From Eledone cirrhosa (lineage: Eukaryota), in the NCBI GenBank assembly GCA_964016885.1, contig OZ024750.1:25358001-25422000 (forward strand): a stretch of 64,000 nt of DNA, read 5' to 3'. This document shows, in pieces, positions 58,151 to 64,000 of this stretch. Position 1 is the stretch's first letter; each line of letters starts with the position of its first letter. The notes beneath the pieces were generated by a model. The model searched no databases. It was not told where the DNA came from and saw nothing but the letters and a program-made list of their open reading frames with translations. A program made the position numbers and the translations under genes.

Positions 58151-59276
58151 CACTGTTATACGGAACAGGAACAAACGTAAGAACGTATATATATATATAT
58201 ATATATATATATACGATATTAAACAAATGGAAACTACATTTATAAAACCATATTTATTTCATTATATATATTTCAGGGATATCATATTAAATATATCATA
58301 TAATATCATATATATATCATATTAAATATATCATATATATCATATATATATATACGATATTAAACAAATGGAAACTACATTTATAAAACCATATTTATTT
58401 CATTATATATATTTCAGGGATATCATATTAAATATATCATATAATATCATATATATATCATATTAAATATATCATATATATCATATAATATCGTAAAATA
58501 CTCCAAAACTTGTTGAGTGCTTTTATATCAGTTATAAAATATTTACTCGTTGTAACCCAACAATTTTAAATAAAACTTTTGCATATATATATAACTTTTG
58601 CATATATATATATATATATATATATTCTAAAGCAATAATTAAATTATAAGCAACAGTAAACTGTCTTTTATCTCTCTTTAAAGATTTAATCTGAAAGATT
58701 TTATCTTCTACATTGACAAATTCATAATTACTCAATTTATAACTACGGTAGGTCGTTGTCTTATATACCTAATCTCTACTTTTGATAATACCAGTGGACA
58801 ATTATGGCATAACAACGATAATGAGGGCAACAACAACAACAACAACAACAATGGTTTGATTTAGGTACAAGGCCAGCAATATTTGGGGAGTGGAAGAGAT
58901 AGAAACATTTTTTCGTCTATCTTGTTTATACACCCAGAATTAGAGTTTTTTCTCATTTTATATATATATCTATATATATATGTATATATATATATATATA
59001 TATAAATAAATATATATTATTCCGTTTAATTCTGTTTCTATTTATTTTGATTTCATGTGTTATTTTTATTTCTATTTTCCCGTCCTTTCATGTTTTTCCT
59101 GCTAACTGCCCCTCACTCCCTCTCGGTGTGTGTGCCCCCCCCCCCCCCGTTCTCACTCTCCTGATGAAGGGTGTATGTCCGAAATGTCATAAACAACCCA
59201 ACCTCCATTCTCACCAAGCGTGAAACTAATAACACTATGTACCATTGACTCCTGCGTTTGTTTGTTTGTCATTTTG

Positions 59277-59341
<65 letters not shown>

Positions 59342-60128
59342 TTTGGTTTTTGTGTGTCTCTGAATGTTTTCATTTCGTCCTTAATTACTAGCTGTGATGT
59401 TGTTGCTATTCACTCAAGTTTTCTGTTTAATTTTGGTTGAAGTTCGTTTATGTTTGTCGCTTCTGTAATTTGCGTTTAGTAATCACTACAAAATATATAT
59501 TTATATTTAATTATATGCAACACATATACGCCCACACTTAAGTTTATGCACACATGTATGTGTCAATGTGTGTGCAAGTGTGTGTATGTGTGAGTGTGCA
59601 ATTGTGTATATGTGTAATATTTTATCTGATTGTATCATAACAATATCGAGGCCTTTTCAAACAAAATCGTTTCTCTACCAATAGATACCAGATAATTAAC
59701 CCATAACGTTTGATATGATATTCGTGTAATGAAGTAGGATAATATATTATATTGGGACTAGTATATCAGAACTGATTGATTCAGTTGATATCACTAATAG
59801 ATATATATTACATTTACTAATACATCGTTTAATATATTAGAGGTAAAGTATCAGAACTGATTGAATCAGTTGATACCAGTAATAAATATATATTATATTT
59901 ACCAATACATCATTTAATATATTTATCTATTATGTTCGTTTGTCAAACATTCAAAATCCTAACATGAACTCATCAACCCGGCCATGGCTTTATGTTGTCT
60001 CTTCTTTCGTTTGTTTCTTATCAGCCGATATAATTGCTCCATTGGTATTATTTGTCTTGTGTGTGTGTGTATGTGAACATCACACTATCGTAGTTGTGTG
60101 TTTGTGTGTGTGCGTGTGTGTGTGTGTA

Positions 60129-60197
<69 letters not shown>

Positions 60198-61668
60198 AGT
60201 AGTACGCATGTGATACATCTAAACTGTTTAACAAACAAATTAAAATGGCTGAAGGTTGCCCTAATTTCAATGATTATTTTTTTACCATTTTAAGTGAAAC
60301 AAAAATACATAAAATAAGGGAATTCTTTCGTTTTACCATTAATTCTGGATTTGAAAAACAAACATACCATCAATGTTTTGATGGCTTTGTTTCTCTTTAT
60401 GATCCGGACAATCCTTGCTACAGATGTTCATGTGTATCGTTTTTACATCTACAATGTATATAAAACATGTAATACAATATATCTAATATTTTAGTCATAT
60501 GACATGTAGTACAATATACACTATTACAGTATTATGAACATCATATAATACAATACTCTTACTTAATTCTCAATGTTTTGTTGCCTCGGAGTCACTTAGA
60601 AATGTTTTAGTCAACAAGCATGTTGAAGACGTATGGCTTCGTGGTTAAAGCGTTGGAGTCGCAATCCTGGGGTTGTGAATTCAATTCCCGGACTGGGCGA
60701 TGTGTTGAGTCATTGAGCAAGACACATTATTGTTTCTACTTTAGGCACAAGGCCAGCAATTACCCAGTGCATTACTCGGCGGGATTTGAACTCAGATCGT
60801 AAAGGGACGTAACTATGCTGGAAAGCATGGCGTCCGACCCTCTACCGATACTGCCAATCCACCACACATTATTGTCAGGTTGTTCCAGTTCAATCAACTG
60901 TAGAAATGAGTTAACGCCACAGGGGTTAAGCTGTATCGGCCATTGCCTTGCCCTTAGACATCGGTGGCGTGGAGAGGGGAGATCGATATGTATGGGTGAC
61001 TGCTGATCTTCCACAAACAAACCTTGCCCAGGCTTGTGCCTCGGATGGTAACTTTTTAGGTTCAAAACCATGGTCTTTAGTGGCCGATGAAGGCCTTATG
61101 TTGGAATATATGATGGTTACATCTCATCGCAATTTTAGTAACGCTGGGTGAGATTTGTTGCTATTAGGGTGCTTGACAACAGACTGCCCAAAACTCTCCT
61201 CCCTAGGCTGTCTAACCTTCACTATGACCAGGTCACTTCCATCATAGACAGGTGCTCTCATACCACTCAGCATCTCCTTGAAATGTCTAAGTTTCTCTCT
61301 GACCAGATCACTGTGAACAGAAGGAGATAGGTGGTCTCTTAAAACTCAGCATCTCCCTGAGATGTTTAAGTTTCTCTCTGACCACATCACTGTAAGCAGA
61401 AATAGGCGCATGGGTGAAAAGTTCAATACTGGACCCTCAGACTAGGCCTCAGATATTGATTCGACGTTGAGCATTCAACTGCTTCATCAAGATAACATCC
61501 AACTCGAGAATTATTATGCAAATGGCTGAGTATTCCGTGGCTAAACGTACTCTAAACGTTATTTCCCAGTCAAATCAGCGTGTCACAATATGCGGCAAGG
61601 CTGTACCTTTAAATCACATGTAGAATCCAACCAATAGGTTAACCAATCTTACTCCCAAAGGTTTAGAT

Positions 61669-62011
61669 TAGACGTTCTCAAACATTTTGGGCCACGTAAT
61701 ACCCTCAGCGCCCCCACCCCTATTTCCAGAGAGACCTGCCTACACACAAATTGTAAATAATATATGATAAATAAAATCGTTTATTTATATATAATAAATA
61801 ATATAATATATACTATGTATAAATAAATATATATATTTTTAATTTTACTATATATATATTTATATATAGGTATCATTTGATATTAAATATGCTATTATAT
61901 CATCTCTACGGCCCCCTTAGACCCCAGCGGCCCCTGGACTTTCTCAACGCCACCCACCCACCCCCACCCCGGGCGGGGGGGGGGGGGTAGCACCCACTTC
62001 GGGAACCTTTG
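61669..62011. mobile_element. hAT MITE family (copies 41822-42164, about 53291-53822 with nested SINE, about 25855-26260 with nested SINE)
   Basis: TIR consensus CAGAGGTTCTCAA, 8-bp TSD GTTTAGAT in this copy, and a shared internal CAGCGCCCCC..CTATTTCCAGAGAGACCTG sequence. Confidence 0.8.
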
Positions 62012-62779
62012 GTTTAGATCGACCAGATGATGTGGTAAAGATAATTGTCTAAGATACCACAAAGTAGGAAGATTAATACTGGGACTTCAGACCCGATGAT
62101 GTGGTAAAGATACTTGTCTAAGACACCACAGAGTAGAAAGATTAATCCCAGGACTTCATGATTGCCAGATGAACCTCCTCAACACTCAGCCATTTCTACA
62201 TCCTCATGAAACAAATAATTATTAGCCAAATATATTAATTAGAATTACTACTTCTAGACTTGTTATTTAAATAATTAAAGACACGCTTGCTGAATATAAT
62301 AAAACATTAGCTAGTGCCAAATTAGCAGTGTCAAATAACATTATTTATAGCGATGGATTGGCAGTATCGGTAGAGGGTCGGACGCCATGCTTTCCAGCAT
62401 AGTTACGTCCCTTTACGATCTGAGTTCAAATCCCGCCGAGGTTGACTTTGCCTTTCATCTTTACGGGGTCGATAAAATAAAGTACCAGTAATGCGCTGGG
62501 TATGTGCTGGCCTTGTGCCTAAAGTAGAAACAGTTATTTATAATTATAGTGACGAGAAAGTATGTGGCTATGTGGATAGAACGCTGGAGTCACAATCACG
62601 AGGTTGTGACTTCGATTCCCGGACCGGGAAATGTGTTGTGTCCTTGAGCAAGTCACTTTATTTCACGTTGTTTCAGTTAACTCGGCTGTAGAAATGAGTT
62701 ACGACGTCACTGGTGCCAAGCTGTATCGGCTTTTACCTTTCCCTTGGACAACATCATATATAGTGTATATATACTGTAT

Positions 62780-63352
<573 letters not shown>

Positions 63353-64000
63353 AAAAGATTCAGGACCCCGACGGTTGAGCTCCGGCCGTTTCGACAGCTA
63401 GATCCGAACTCAGTTCAGATCTAGTTGTCGAAACGGCCGGAGCTCAGCTGTCGGGGTTTTGAATCTTTTCATATTACCCACTCTACTACCCCAAGTATCG
63501 AGTACTCTGGTGCATTATGGTCCACCTGGTGGCTTACCACACCCTCTTTGTTTATATATATACACTGTATATAATGTATATATAGTGTATACATAAGGTA
63601 CATACAGTGTATTTATATAGTGTACAGAATGTATATATAGAGTATATATGAGTTAGGACATCAATGGTGCCAAGCTGAATCGGTCTTTACCTTTCGCTTG
63701 GACAACATCGGTGGCGTGGTGAGGGGGAAACTGATATATTTGGGTGACTGCTTGTCTTCCACAAAAAAAAAAACACCTTGTCCGAGCTTGTGTCTCAAGG
63801 GAAGGGGAACATTCTAGATGCAAGACCCATGGTCATTCGTAACCGAACGTTTGTTTTACATACCGTATTTCCCGGCGTCGAAGTCGCTACTTTTTTCCTA
63901 AAAAAAAGTCTACCTTGCGTCCTGGAGGCCGAAGGTTTTTATTATTTTTTTTTTTTATCAAATTTTTGGTGGTCAAAATTAGAGTGCGTCCTCGAGGACG

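Overview
This is AT-rich, microsatellite-saturated animal genomic DNA. The repeat inventory (Nin/Deu-type and CORE/V-type tRNA-derived SINEs, RTE and R4/Dong LINE scraps, hAT MITEs) suggests an octopus or other coleoid cephalopod; that assignment is inference. Most of the window is intronic to one + strand gene. Its first coding exon (8492-9326) encodes a signal peptide, a CBM14 chitin-binding domain and a Thr/Lys-rich mucin-like linker. A phase-compatible exon (48038-48215) encodes the activation site and catalytic His of a trypsin-family (S1) serine protease. A frameshifted Thr-rich exon may lie between them (17326-17594), and I found no further protease exons in the window. Almost all ORFs in the supplied track are microsatellite artefacts. 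The most striking hidden signal is about 10 sequence-unrelated type I hammerhead-ribozyme motifs (CUGANGA...GAAA...NUH with pairing stems, often a minimal palindromic stem III). They sit in short non-coding Penelope-like terminal-repeat remnants next to (TA)n tracts and are often arranged as head-to-head fold-back palindromes whose junction is at or near the ribozyme.
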